This document shows positions 1 through 9,523 of a stretch of DNA of 64,000 bases, piece by piece (the first letter of the stretch is position 1; each line of letters begins with the position of its first letter). The position numbers were made by a program, and so were the translations under genes. Source of the DNA: an uncultured delta proteobacterium (GTDB lineage Bacteria > Desulfobacterota > Desulfuromonadia > Desulfuromonadales > JACZKF01); NCBI GenBank assembly GCA_963816395.1, contig CAWFKQ010000012.1, positions 10,972-74,971 on the forward strand, read 5' to 3'. Under the pieces are notes generated by a model, which made no database searches, was not told where the DNA came from, and saw nothing but the letters and a program-made list of their open reading frames with translations.

Positions 1-698
1 GAGTTTTTCTCCGCCGAGATCTCGGTCAGGGTCTGCAGGAAGCGCAGCTGCAAGGCCCCGCTTTCGGTGGCGATGACGTGGGCGGCGTCGGCCAGTTTCT
101 GCGAGGCCTGGAATTCCCCCTCGGCGTGGATGACCTTGGAGCGCCGCTCCCGCTCGGCCTCCGCCTGTCTGGCCATGGCCCGCTGCATCTCGACGGGGAG
201 GTCGACATGCTTGATCTCCACGTTCGAGATCTTCACCCCCCAGGGATCGGTCTGCCGGTCGAGAATCTCCTGCAGGTGCTGATTGATCTGGTCCCGGTGG
301 GCGAGCAGCTCATCCATTTCCGACTGGCCGAGGACGCTGCGCAGGGAGGTCTGGGCCAGCTGGCTGGTGGCATAGAGGTAATTTTCCACCTCGATCAACG
401 CCTTCTCCGGCTGCACCACCCGGAAGTAGAGGACGGCGTTCACCTTCACCGAGACGTTGTCCTTGGTGATGACGTCCTGCGGCGGCACGTCCATGGCGAC
501 GGTGCGCAGGCTGACCTTGGCCAGCCGGTCGACCACCGGAATGATGAACCGCAGCCCGGGTCCCTTGACGCCGACATACCGCCCCAACCGGAATACCACC
601 CCCCGCTCGTATTCATAGAGGATTCGGACGGCGCTGGCGACGATCGCCACCACCAGCGCCAGCCCCACGGCCAAGCCAACCAGGTTGATCGGAATCAT
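1..698 (-). CDS. SPFH/band-7 (stomatin-like, slipin) membrane protein, 3' end outside the window
   Basis: Manual translation of the minus strand: [12 protein letters not shown]...[13 protein letters not shown]...[23 protein letters not shown]...[22 protein letters not shown], typical stomatin motifs; AAGGAG RBS; absent from the ORF track because it is truncated. Confidence 0.93.
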   Translation of the reverse strand, partial: MIPINLVGLAVGLALVVAIVASAVRILYEYERGVVFRLGRYVGVKGPGLRFIIPVVDRLAKVSLRTVAMDVPPQDVITKDNVSVKVNAVLYFRVVQPEKALIEVENYLYATSQLAQTSLRSVLGQSEMDELLAHRDQINQHLQEILDRQTDPWGVKISNVEIKHVDLPVEMQRAMARQAEAERERRSKVIHAEGEFQASQKLADAAHVIATESGALQLRFLQTLTEISAEKN

Positions 699-825
699 GT
701 CTTATTCTCCTTTGCGCGGAAATGGCCGCGGCCGCCCTGCCCGGCGCCCCGGCGGATGATTGCAAACCTCCGGCGCTCTTCTATAGTGAACGCAACGAAG
801 CCGAACTGGAATGCCGGAGGTCGAT

Positions 826-1101
826 ATGGAGAAGAAATCGCTTATTGCCTGCACCGTCGCCGTTCTGCTGGCCGGCAGCGCCGCCGCCAAAATCACCGAG
901 CTTGAAAACTGGCGCAAGGAAACCGACAGCGTGGTTCGCGAAGCCACTGTCCTGTGCATCGACGGGCAGAAATTCGTCTTTGTCTTCGGCAGCGGCACCG
1001 GCACGGCGGCCTCCCTGACCCAGGTCTTTGAAGAGCGGGAAGGGCAGCTCGTCCCGGCCTGCTGCTCTCCGCCGAAATTCCTGCCTGCAGAAAAAAACTG
1101 A
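826..1101 (+). CDS. Small secreted hypothetical protein
   Basis: GGAGG RBS then MEKKSLIACTVAVLLAGSAAA signal peptide; three Cys in the mature part. Confidence 0.7.
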   Translation: MEKKSLIACTVAVLLAGSAAAKITELENWRKETDSVVREATVLCIDGQKFVFVFGSGTGTAASLTQVFEEREGQLVPACCSPPKFLPAEKN

Positions 1102-1103
1102 AG

Positions 1104-2438
1104 TCAACCGGCGCTGGGCTTCCGACGCACCTCCAACCGCAGGTTGTCGGCCATGCGCACCACCTCCACCGGTTCGCCGACGGCGATCGGCTCGAGGGCA
1201 AAGGCGTTCCAGTACTCGCCGTGGACGAAAACCCGTCCTTCGCCGTCGATGGCGGTGACCGCCGTCCCCCATTCCCCTGCCATCCCTTCCCGTCCGGAGA
1301 CGAAGCGGCGGCGCTGGGTGCGGGCGACGAGAAAAAGCACCAGGAGAAAAAAGGCGGTGCTCACCCCGACGGTGGCAGCGATGATCGCCCGGGAAATCTG
1401 CATGGAAGGGGCGGAGGAATCGACGAGGATCAGGGAGCCGAAGGTCATGGCGACGATTCCGCCCAGCGTCAGCATGCCGTAGGAGACGACCTTGACCTCC
1501 AGGATGAAGAGGACCAGCGCCAGGATGATGAGCAGGACCCCGGCGAAGTTGACCGGCAGGGTCTGCAGGCCGAAGAAGGCCAGCACCAGGGCGATCGCTC
1601 CGATCGCCCCCGGCAGGATCACTCCCGGCTGGGCAATTTCGAAAAAGATTCCCAGGATGCCGAGCATGAGCAGCATGTAGGCGATATTCGGGTTGCCGAT
1701 GACATTGAGGATCTTCTGCCGCAGGGACATTTCGGCGAACTGCAGGCGCACCCCCTCGGTATGCAGGACCCGCTTTTCCCCCTGGCGCAGATAGCTGCGG
1801 CCATCGAGCTTTTTCAGCAGGGTGCCGGGGTCCTCGGCGACCACATCGATGACATTCTGCTCGAGGGCTTCCTGGGCGGGGGTGGAAATGCTCTCGCGGA
1901 CGATCCGCTCCGCCCATTTCTCGTTGCGCCCCCGCTGGTGGGCAATGCTGCGGGCGTAGGCGGCCGCGTCCTGCACCACCTTCTCGGTCATCACCGAATC
2001 CTTCTCCTTCTCCCCACCGCCGCCGAAACCGAGGGAGACCGGATGGGCGGCGCCGGCATTGGTCCCGGGGGCCATGGCGGCGAAATCGGCGGCGAGCAGG
2101 ATCAGCGAACCGGCCGAGGCGGCTCGGGCGCCGGGGGGATAGACATAGACGATGACCGGGATTTCCGAGCCGAGGATCTTCTGGATGATCGCGCGCATGG
2201 CGAGGTCCAGCCCGCCCGGCGTATCGAGTTCGAGGAGAAAGGCGCGGGCGTTTTCGGCATTGGCCCGCTCCAGTTCGGAGGTGATAAACCCCGCAATCAC
2301 CGGATTGATGGTGTCGGCTACCCGCACGGCGCGAATCACCGGCGCCGGCGCTGACGCCGGTGCCTGGCCGTCCGCCGCCCACGCCGAGCCGGCGAGCAGC
2401 ACCATCAGCAAAGAAAGCCGTAGCCAGAGGAGTTTCAT
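1104..2438 (-). CDS. nfeD: NfeD family membrane-bound ClpP-class serine protease
   Basis: LELDTPGG, GARAASAGS and APGTNAGAAHPV motifs, TM block, C-terminal OB domain (GRVFVHGEYWNA). Confidence 0.93.
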   Translation of the reverse strand: MKLLWLRLSLLMVLLAGSAWAADGQAPASAPAPVIRAVRVADTINPVIAGFITSELERANAENARAFLLELDTPGGLDLAMRAIIQKILGSEIPVIVYVYPPGARAASAGSLILLAADFAAMAPGTNAGAAHPVSLGFGGGGEKEKDSVMTEKVVQDAAAYARSIAHQRGRNEKWAERIVRESISTPAQEALEQNVIDVVAEDPGTLLKKLDGRSYLRQGEKRVLHTEGVRLQFAEMSLRQKILNVIGNPNIAYMLLMLGILGIFFEIAQPGVILPGAIGAIALVLAFFGLQTLPVNFAGVLLIILALVLFILEVKVVSYGMLTLGGIVAMTFGSLILVDSSAPSMQISRAIIAATVGVSTAFFLLVLFLVARTQRRRFVSGREGMAGEWGTAVTAIDGEGRVFVHGEYWNAFALEPIAVGEPVEVVRMADNLRLEVRRKPSAG

Positions 2439-2601
2439 GGAAAATAGCTTATCGCACCTGGAAATCCGTGTCAAACCTTTGAAAATTTTACTTTTTTCAG
2501 AAATATCGGATTCCCTGCAGGGCCCCTTGCTCCGAGCTCGGCGGATATGTTAGATTCACACCTGTCAATTTGCTGACGCCCACTCACGACAGAGGTGATC
2601 C

Positions 2602-3984
2602 ATGAAGAGCCGCTCCCAGATTCTGGTCATCGACGACGATGCGAGCAACCGTGAAGCGCTGCACCTGCTGCTGACCGGCGCCGGCTATCAGGTGCAGGCG
2701 GCCGCCTCCGGCGAGGAGGCCCTGAAAATTCTCCAGGAGACCCCTTTCGAGATCATCATCACCGACCTTTTCCTCCCCGGGGTGAACGGCATCGATATTC
2801 TCAAGCAGGTCAAGGAGGATTCACCCTACACCAACGTCATCCTCATCACCGGCCATGCCTCGGCGGAAACGGCGGTGGAGGCGATGAAAGAAGGGGCCTT
2901 CGACTACATCACCAAACCGTTCAATTTCGAGAAGCTGAAAATCCTCGTCGACAAGGCCCTGGAGAAGAGCGCCCTGGTGGCGGAGAACCTCTATCTGCGC
3001 CAGCAGCTGCGGGGAAAATACAAATTCGCCAACATCATCGGCAACAGCCTGCCCATGCAGCAGGTTTTCTCCCGCATGGAGAAAATCGCCGGCACCGACT
3101 CGACCATCCTCATCCTCGGCGAATCGGGAACCGGCAAGGAACTGGTGGCCAAGGCGATTCATTTCAACGGCAGCCGGCGGGAAAAACCGTTTATCGCCAT
3201 CAACTGCGGCGCCATTCCGGCCGAACTGCTGGAGAGCGAGTTGTTCGGCCACGTGCGCGGCTCCTTTACCGGCGCGATCGCCGATAAGCCGGGGAAATTC
3301 GAAATTGCCAACCATGGCACCATTTTTCTCGACGAGATCGGCACCATGCCGATGCACCTGCAGATGAAGCTGCTGCGCGTGCTGCAGGAGCAGGAAGTGG
3401 AACGGGTCGGCGCCAGCCGCAAAATCAAACTGAATGTCCGGGTCATCTCGGCCACCAACTCGAACCTGGAGGAGGAGGTCAAGCAGGGACGTTTCCGCGA
3501 GGATCTCTATTATCGGCTGAATGTCATCCCCATTACCCTGCCCCCCCTGCGTGAGCGGCGCGAGGACATCGCCCTGCTGGCCCTGCATTTCCTGCAGAAG
3601 ATCTGCCGCGAGATGAACCGCCCCCTGATGTCGATCTCGCCGGCGGCGATGCATGCCCTGGAGGCCTACGACTGGCCGGGAAACGTGCGGGAGATGGAAA
3701 ACGTCATCGAGCGAACGGTGGCCCTCGGCGAAGGGGAAATCATCGAGCCGCAGGACCTCCCGGCCGATATCGGCGGCGGCGAAGACCCGGACGCCTCAGT
3801 GCCTTGCCCGCGACTGACCGCCGAAGGACTCGATCTGGCGAAGACCATCGAACAGATCGAGCGGGGCATCATCCGCCAGGCCCTGGAACTTTCCGGCGGC
3901 GTTAAGGCGCGCGCCGCCGCCATTCTGGGACTCAACCGCACTACCCTGGTGGAAAAGATCAAAAGGCTGGGGATGGGAGAGTGA
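2602..3984 (+). CDS. Sigma54-dependent response regulator (NtrC family: REC-AAA+-Fis HTH)
   Basis: REC domain, GESGTGKE, GSFTGA, LFLDEIG-like motif, WPGNVRE, C-terminal HTH. Confidence 0.95.
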   Translation: MKSRSQILVIDDDASNREALHLLLTGAGYQVQAAASGEEALKILQETPFEIIITDLFLPGVNGIDILKQVKEDSPYTNVILITGHASAETAVEAMKEGAFDYITKPFNFEKLKILVDKALEKSALVAENLYLRQQLRGKYKFANIIGNSLPMQQVFSRMEKIAGTDSTILILGESGTGKELVAKAIHFNGSRREKPFIAINCGAIPAELLESELFGHVRGSFTGAIADKPGKFEIANHGTIFLDEIGTMPMHLQMKLLRVLQEQEVERVGASRKIKLNVRVISATNSNLEEEVKQGRFREDLYYRLNVIPITLPPLRERREDIALLALHFLQKICREMNRPLMSISPAAMHALEAYDWPGNVREMENVIERTVALGEGEIIEPQDLPADIGGGEDPDASVPCPRLTAEGLDLAKTIEQIERGIIRQALELSGGVKARAAAILGLNRTTLVEKIKRLGMGE

Positions 3985-4084
3985 GATAGCAAGTAGCGAG
4001 ATCATCAGGTAGCTACTATCTCACAATCTCACTACTCGCTGTCTGCAGTTACTATCTCACTACCTCACAACTTGCTATCTCACT
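3980..4084. repeat. Heptamer-periodic palindromic intergenic element
   Basis: Perfect 15-bp outer inverted repeat AGTGAGATAGCAAGT / ACTTGCTATCTCACT with internal CTATCTCA/CTACCTCA 7-mer units. Confidence 0.85.
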
Positions 4085-4101
4085 GCCTTCAGGAGTTTCC
4101 G

Positions 4102-5464
4102 ATGACTCGCAGCGAAGACGTTATGCGCAAGGATGCCGAGGCCATTTTTCTGGCGGGGGTGGCGGCCGTGGACCCGGAGCGGGCGGTAGGTTCGCTGTTG
4201 AGCCGCCGGGGCGATCACCTGGTGGTTGGCGACCGCCGGCTCGAGCTGCCGGCCGGGAAGATTTATGTGGTCGGCGCCGGCAAGGCGGCAGGACCGATGG
4301 CGGCGGCGGCAGAGGAGATTCTGGGCGAACTGCTGGCGGAGGGGGTGGTGGTGACCAAATACGGGCATGGCCAGCCCCTGCGCAAAGTCCGGCTGATCGA
4401 GGCCGGCCACCCGGTGCCGGACGAAAACGGCCTGCAGGCCGGGCGGGAGATCGCGGCGCTGCTGGAGAAGACGGGGGAGCAGGACCTGGTGATCTGCCTG
4501 ATTTCCGGCGGCGGCTCGGCCCTGCTGCCGGCTCCCGATGGCGTATCGCTGGCGGACAAGATGGAGATCACCGAGCAGTTGCTGGCGTCCGGAGCCGAAA
4601 TTGCCGAGGTCAACGCCGTCCGCAAACACCTCTCCCGTTTCAAGGGGGGCGGGCTGGCCCGCCTGGCCGCACCCGCCAGAGTGGTCACCCTGATCCTTTC
4701 CGACGTCGTCGGCGATCCACTGGACGTGATCGCCTCCGGCCCGACCGCTCCCGATCCGAGCACCTTTGCCGATGCCCGCGATATTCTCCGGCGCTATGGG
4801 CTGGAGGGGAAAATCCCCGCCAGCATCCGCCAACGACTGGAGCGCGGCCTCGCCGGGGAGGTGCCCGACACCCCGAAAGCCGACGATCCGCTGTTCGACC
4901 GGGTATTCAATCTACTGGTGGGGAATAATGACAGGGCCATCGAGGCAGCGGCGGAGCAGGCGCAGCGCCTGGGTTACCGGCCGCTGGTTCTGTCCACCAC
5001 CATCACCGGTGAAACCCGGGAGGTGGCGGGGGTGCACGCCGCCATTGCGCGGGAAGCGGCCGCCAGCGGCCGCCCGGCGCCGCCGCCGCTCTGCCTGCTC
5101 TCGGGGGGGGAGACGACAGTGACCCTGCGCGGCGATGGAAAGGGCGGGCGCAACCAGGAGTTCGCCCTGGCGGCGGCCCTGCAGATCGAAAACCTGCCCG
5201 GGGTCCTGGTCCTCTCGGGGGGAACCGATGGCACCGACGGACCGACCGATGCCGCCGGCGCCATTGCCGACGGCACAACCCTGGCGCGGGCCAGGGAAGC
5301 CGGCCTGGATCCTCGCCGGCCATCTGGAGAACAATGATGCCTACCCCTTTTTTGCCACCCTTGGGGATCTGCTGATCACCGGCCCGACGCGGACCAACGT
5401 CATGGACCTGAGGATCATTCTGGTTCGCCAGGGGCGAAATCCGGCCATCGCCTGTCTGGGATAA
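4102..5464 (+). CDS. Glycerate 2-kinase / hydroxypyruvate reductase (MOFRL family); apparent frameshift near 5315
   Basis: [41 protein letters not shown]-terminal [10 protein letters not shown] continues in another frame. Confidence 0.9.
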
Positions 5465-5480
5465 CCCGGGGCACGCCGGT

Positions 5481-5768
5481 TCACTGCACCGGCGGCTGTC
5501 TTTCCCCTTCCAGCCAATCAATCGCAGCCTGCAGGTCGCAGTTGCGGGCCAGTTTGACCAGTCCGACAACATCTCCCTGGGCGCCGCAGCGGAAGCAGTT
5601 GAACTGCCCGCTCTTGATCACCATTTCCGGAGCCCCCTCTCCGGTCGGCTGGCATCCCGGGCAAAAATAATGCTTCCCCTGCCCCCTGAGTCCCAGATCG
5701 GCGGCAACCCTTTCCACGGTGCGTCGATCCGTGACCTGAAGATCCACTTCCCGGCGGTCGTCGATCAT
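5481..5768 (-). CDS. Stand-alone primase-type (CHC2-like) zinc-finger protein
   Basis: CPGC...FNCFRCGAQGDVVGLV...LQAAIDWL resembles the DnaG Zn-binding domain; GGAGG RBS. Confidence 0.75.
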   Translation of the reverse strand: MIDDRREVDLQVTDRRTVERVAADLGLRGQGKHYFCPGCQPTGEGAPEMVIKSGQFNCFRCGAQGDVVGLVKLARNCDLQAAIDWLEGERQPPVQ

Positions 5769-5851
5769 GCAGCCTTCCTCCCTGAATTTTTTTAAGTCTA
5801 CCCGAGCGTTGCCGGCTGGCAATCGGTTCCGGAGCGGGAGTGAGATGCATT

Positions 5852-5928
5852 TTTAACGCGGAGGCGCGGAAGCGCTGAGAAAATAGACAAAAACAGGACC
5901 ATCATTCTCCCTGCGTCTCCGCGTTAAA
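5852..5928. repeat. Palindromic intergenic element with ~9-nt periodic arms
   Basis: TTTAACGCGGAGGCGCGG ... CTGCGTCTCCGCGTTAAA inverted arms around an A-rich core. Confidence 0.75.
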
Positions 5929-6026
5929 GGCTTTGCTTCATAGTTTTTCATCATCTTCGGGTAGTGGGCCGCAGGCCCGTGTTGACTGTGGTGAATGGTT
6001 TTTCCGTCCGGCTCCCAGTTATAGGC

Positions 6027-6053
6027 AAAAAAAAGCCGCCCGAAAGGGCGGCC
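6027..6053 (-). terminator. Rho-independent terminator
   Basis: GCCGCCC-TTTC-GGGCGGC stem followed by T8 on the minus strand, just after the stop at 6078. Confidence 0.85.
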
Positions 6054-6077
6054 AGATGCACGCGGCTGTGGCCGCAA

Positions 6078-6993
6078 TCAAATGTTGCCAAGGTTGGCAA
6101 GCCGTAAGGCTTCATGGTCATCAACCAGGGCGCGGGGGAGAATCACCGTGACCCCATACCCCTCATCTACCAGTTTCAACACGTTGTTGAGATCCGGGTA
6201 AGCCACCGAGGAGAAGTGGGGCGCCTTGATATCCACCCGACCTTCCTTCAGGAATCTGACAATTTCATCAATATGGGCCATGCCGATGGTGAACATAGCG
6301 CGCCGGCTGTCGATATTCCCCAGCTTGAATTCGGTTTCGATGGCCTCAGGAATTCTCTGCAGCATAGCGGCGCTGCGGATCTCCTGAAGATAATCGAGTT
6401 CCAGGTCAACCAGACCGTCCTGCCCTTCGGACAGGCGCAGGTATTTGCCGACCGACCTGATAGATCTCGGGCTCCTCGACCTGCTGCAACTGGATATCGA
6501 AGTTGGCCTTCAGCAGCATGTCGGCATTGACGAAGACGTTGGTGTCGGCCAGCTTCTCCTCCAGCGTCTGGTCATCCAGCGGGGCGGCCTTGACCGGATC
6601 GGAGTCGCTGAGGCTAGCCTTCTTGATCGATACCGCCGGACTCCTTTTGAAAAAACCTTCCGGCAGCAGCAGGCGAACGTTTTCATTCTGGACCAGCCAT
6701 TCGCCAATGCGATAGAGTTCCGCCTGCGCCTTGACGGTATGGGTGCCGTTGGCACCGGAAATGGCGCTGCGGTGGCTCTGGCCGATGATGTAAACCTCCT
6801 TGTCGCCGTTCCCCGGAATCTGGAAGATGACCTTGCCGAGGCCCTCGGGAATTGCCGGGCTCTCGACAGACTTCTGCACGGCATGCTCAACCGCCGCCTG
6901 CGCGGGAGCCGATGTCGGCAGCCAGGTGAGGGTGGAGGCAATGAGCAGGAACAACACACCCCTTCCGAATTTTTGCCAGCGAAAACATTTCAT
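6078..6993 (-). CDS. Exported hypothetical protein, possibly EreA/ChaN/TraB-like fold; apparent frameshift near 6440
   Basis: GAGG RBS, signal peptide, motifs YIIGQSH, LLLPEG and TIGMAH spread over ORFs 6406-7071 and 6078-6365. Confidence 0.65.
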
Positions 6994-7047
6994 TTGCAAC
7001 CTCGATACTGAAAAAGCTTTGGTGATGGGATTGCAGATGGGAGACAG

Positions 7048-7140
7048 AAAATCCGGCAATCCCGCTGTCATGGGGCTTGGACCCTTTAGACCGGTGATTT
7101 TGCGCCTCCAACTTTCGTTGGATTTGCCTTTAACAGATTG
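7048..7140 (-). ncRNA. c-di-GMP-I (GEMM-I) riboswitch
   Basis: Minus strand: AATCTG-TTAAA-GGCAAA-TCCAAC-GAAA-GTTGGA-GGCGCAAAATCACCGGTCTAAAGGG...CCATGACAGCGGGATTGCCGGATT, with P1, GNRA-capped P2 and a receptor-bearing P3. Confidence 0.9.
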
Positions 7141-7478
7141 GTTGGATAGTTCTCTTCGCTTCGGGCTATGTTAAACGAAACCAGCCCCTCCTTGTCAATC
7201 CAAAAAAATTTAATTTCTCGTTGTTTAACGAGCAGTTAACGACATTTCATTGAGAGCGTGGAAGGCCGGATGGTTTTGCTGCCTCCAGGACGGCAGGCGC
7301 CACATCGGGCGGTAGGTTTAAGCCCAGATAAACTTTAGTGGGTCTTAAATCAAGGGAAATTCACTTTCCAAGGCTCCAATTGAAAACGCATTGGTTGACC
7401 AGCGGTCTTTCTGTGGTATTAATTGGGATGTTAAATTAGAAAAATTACATAATAAATTCCGAATGGAGGCGAAAACGT

Positions 7479-7886
7479 ATGGCGTGGATGGACGGGTTCG
7501 CTCACTGGTTGCACTGGCTGGGGGCCTGGATTGACTGGCTATGGGCCGCAGGCTGGATCCTGGCGGGGGTGCTGGGCACCCACCTGCTCTGGTGGTACCG
7601 GCACAACAGGTTGGCGGGCCGGGAGAAAGAGGTGCGTGAGCAGCTGTCCAGGATCGAAAGCCGCCATCGGGACATCCGGCGACATACCGAAGAGCTCAGC
7701 CGGCGGGAAGCGGCTCTGAAGAAAATGGAAGAAAGTCTGCGGCTGCAGACCGAACAGTTGATGCCGCAGATCGAGCAGATACGGGGATGGCTGGACCAGG
7801 TGGCCAAACGCGAACAGGTGCCGACCGCCACCGGCGAGGGCAAGCCGGGGCGACCGACGGCGCCGCCAAGCGCTTCGATCAACTAG
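7479..7886 (+). CDS. Membrane-anchored coiled-coil hypothetical protein
   Basis: GGAGG RBS, Trp-rich N-terminal TM segment, coiled-coil; TTGACC...TATTAA promoter-like motif upstream. Confidence 0.7.
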   Translation: MAWMDGFAHWLHWLGAWIDWLWAAGWILAGVLGTHLLWWYRHNRLAGREKEVREQLSRIESRHRDIRRHTEELSRREAALKKMEESLRLQTEQLMPQIEQIRGWLDQVAKREQVPTATGEGKPGRPTAPPSASIN

Positions 7887-7958
7887 AGAACCAGGACAGC
7901 GAGATCGCGAGGTAGTCAGCAGCGAGATAGCTAAACCTTCCCGCTACTGACTACTGTT
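7883..7958. repeat. Heptamer-periodic palindromic element, same family as 3980-4084
   Basis: AGCGAGAT/GAGATAGC units; GTAGTCAGCAGCG vs CGCTACTGACTAC 12/13 inverted match. Confidence 0.7.
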
Positions 7959-7962
7959 GTTT

Positions 7963-8673
7963 TCAGGGACCTGTGGTGAAGGTCCAGGTTTTTTCCACCA
8001 GGGCATGCCCGGTTGCAGTAGTAATTTTCGAGCTGAGAGTTGCCTTATAGGAGGTGTTGGCTTCCAGAAGGCTAATCGGGGTGAAGGTGGCGATATCCGA
8101 CTCTGAATCGTAAGTAACCGTCCCGGGGACCGCCGTGGCGTAAGTAACCGTCGCGTCTGCCGCCGCTTCGCCTGCAGCCAGGGTAAAGGTCTTGTCGTTG
8201 ATGGTCTCCTGCTTCATGTCCTGGCTGAAAGTGGCCGTGATCGGGGTATCGATCGGCACCCCCTCAGCGCCGCCAGCCGGGCTGACTTCCGGCTCGCGGA
8301 CAATCGTGAACTTAATGGAGTGGGTGTTGCCGGCGCTGTCGGTGGCGGTCAACTGCCCGGAATTGTTCCCCATCTGCAGATTGTCTACGGTGATGTCCCA
8401 GCTCCCGCCGGATACGGTCGGCCCGTCCGTCGTCGCCGGCGGGTCCACCGTGGCCTGCAAGGTGGCAGAGGCCTCGATCGTGCCGGAAAGTTTTACCGAA
8501 TCGAGGACGGTGGGCGTCGAGGAGGAGTCCGCGGTGACGGTCAATTCCGGGACCGTGATATCCTGGTTCCCGCCACCGCAGCCCGCGAGGGAGGAGAACG
8601 TCCAGGCCATCGCCATCATGGCCACCCATTGCCAAACCGCTACCTTGCGCATCAGACTTCCCTTCCTTGTCAT
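7963..8673 (-). CDS. Lipoprotein with bacterial Ig-like (Big_5-like) domain
   Basis: Lipobox LAGC, Thr-rich beta protein, SPAGGAEGVPIDTPITATFSQDM...FTP...LEANTSY...WTFTT. Confidence 0.8.
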   Translation of the reverse strand: MTRKGSLMRKVAVWQWVAMMAMAWTFSSLAGCGGGNQDITVPELTVTADSSSTPTVLDSVKLSGTIEASATLQATVDPPATTDGPTVSGGSWDITVDNLQMGNNSGQLTATDSAGNTHSIKFTIVREPEVSPAGGAEGVPIDTPITATFSQDMKQETINDKTFTLAAGEAAADATVTYATAVPGTVTYDSESDIATFTPISLLEANTSYKATLSSKITTATGHALVEKTWTFTTGP

Positions 8674-8761
8674 CGGCAGGGCTCTTTCCCACCGGGGAAT
8701 CAAAATAGTCCAGTTTCCTCGTCACTGACAACTGTTTTCTGCGGCCGGAAGGCCCCGCACG

Positions 8762-8793
8762 CAAAAAAAACCGTCCCCCCGCGGGAGGACGGC
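8762..8793 (-). terminator. Rho-independent terminator
   Basis: CCGTCCTCC-CGCG-GGGGGACGG followed by T8 on the minus strand. Confidence 0.8.
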
Positions 8794-8818
8794 CGGTGAC
8801 TTCTGCCGGGTGCCATGT

Positions 8819-9430
8819 CTAAACCGGGAAACTTTCGATGAAGCGGGACAGGCGGTCTTTTGCTCCGCCGATCCAGGGTTGCCCGTGGGCGAAGAGCAGG
8901 TGGTCGAAGGGTTGCCCGAGCAGGTCGCGGAAAGCATCCAGGAGACCACTCTTGATCCTTTCCGGATCGTCCCCCAGGTAGGCGTCGGGGACGAAACCGA
9001 GCTCTTCCCCGTAGCGGACCAGGGCATCGCCCAGGGCCAGGACTCCTTCGGCGACGGGGATGTACAGGGCGGTCTCCTCCGGGCAAAGGACCCCCACCGG
9101 CAGGGCCAGAATCCCGCCCGGCAGTTCGTCACCGTGCTCGAAGGGATGCACCTCCGGATCATCGGGAAACTCGTGCAGCCCCTGCCGGTGGCACCAGACG
9201 GCTGTTCCGAACTGGCGGCGGAACCGATCGCTGTGCCGGAAATGATGGCGGTTGGTCAAAAAGGCATAGCGGGGAGGTCCCTGGCGGTTGAACCAGTCCA
9301 GACCCTCGGACGGCTCACGGGGATCGATCAGCACCGGCGGGTCGCCGGCGATGTAAGCGGAATGGACTTCCTGACCGATCCCTTCATGAAAGGTGGTCCA
9401 GTGAAAAACGCCGGGGAGGATCTCCTGCAT
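8819..9430 (-). CDS. Metallo-beta-lactamase-fold protein (degenerate motif)
   Basis: LIDP, LTNRHHFRH, GDAL, LLFAHG. Confidence 0.75.
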   Translation of the reverse strand: MQEILPGVFHWTTFHEGIGQEVHSAYIAGDPPVLIDPREPSEGLDWFNRQGPPRYAFLTNRHHFRHSDRFRRQFGTAVWCHRQGLHEFPDDPEVHPFEHGDELPGGILALPVGVLCPEETALYIPVAEGVLALGDALVRYGEELGFVPDAYLGDDPERIKSGLLDAFRDLLGQPFDHLLFAHGQPWIGGAKDRLSRFIESFPV

Positions 9431-9523
9431 CGGTTTCTCCTGACAAAAAGAACGTTCTCTTGGTGAGCAAGGGGAGACGGGCGGAACGCCGGTTCCGCCC
9501 GTCTCGTGGCAATCCCTGTTGAA

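Noticed and set aside
8109..8152. CGTAAGTAACCGTC duplicated 30 bp apart in the Ig-like lipoprotein
   Set aside because: Small in-frame duplication (TVTY twice) with no evidence of a diversifying mechanism.
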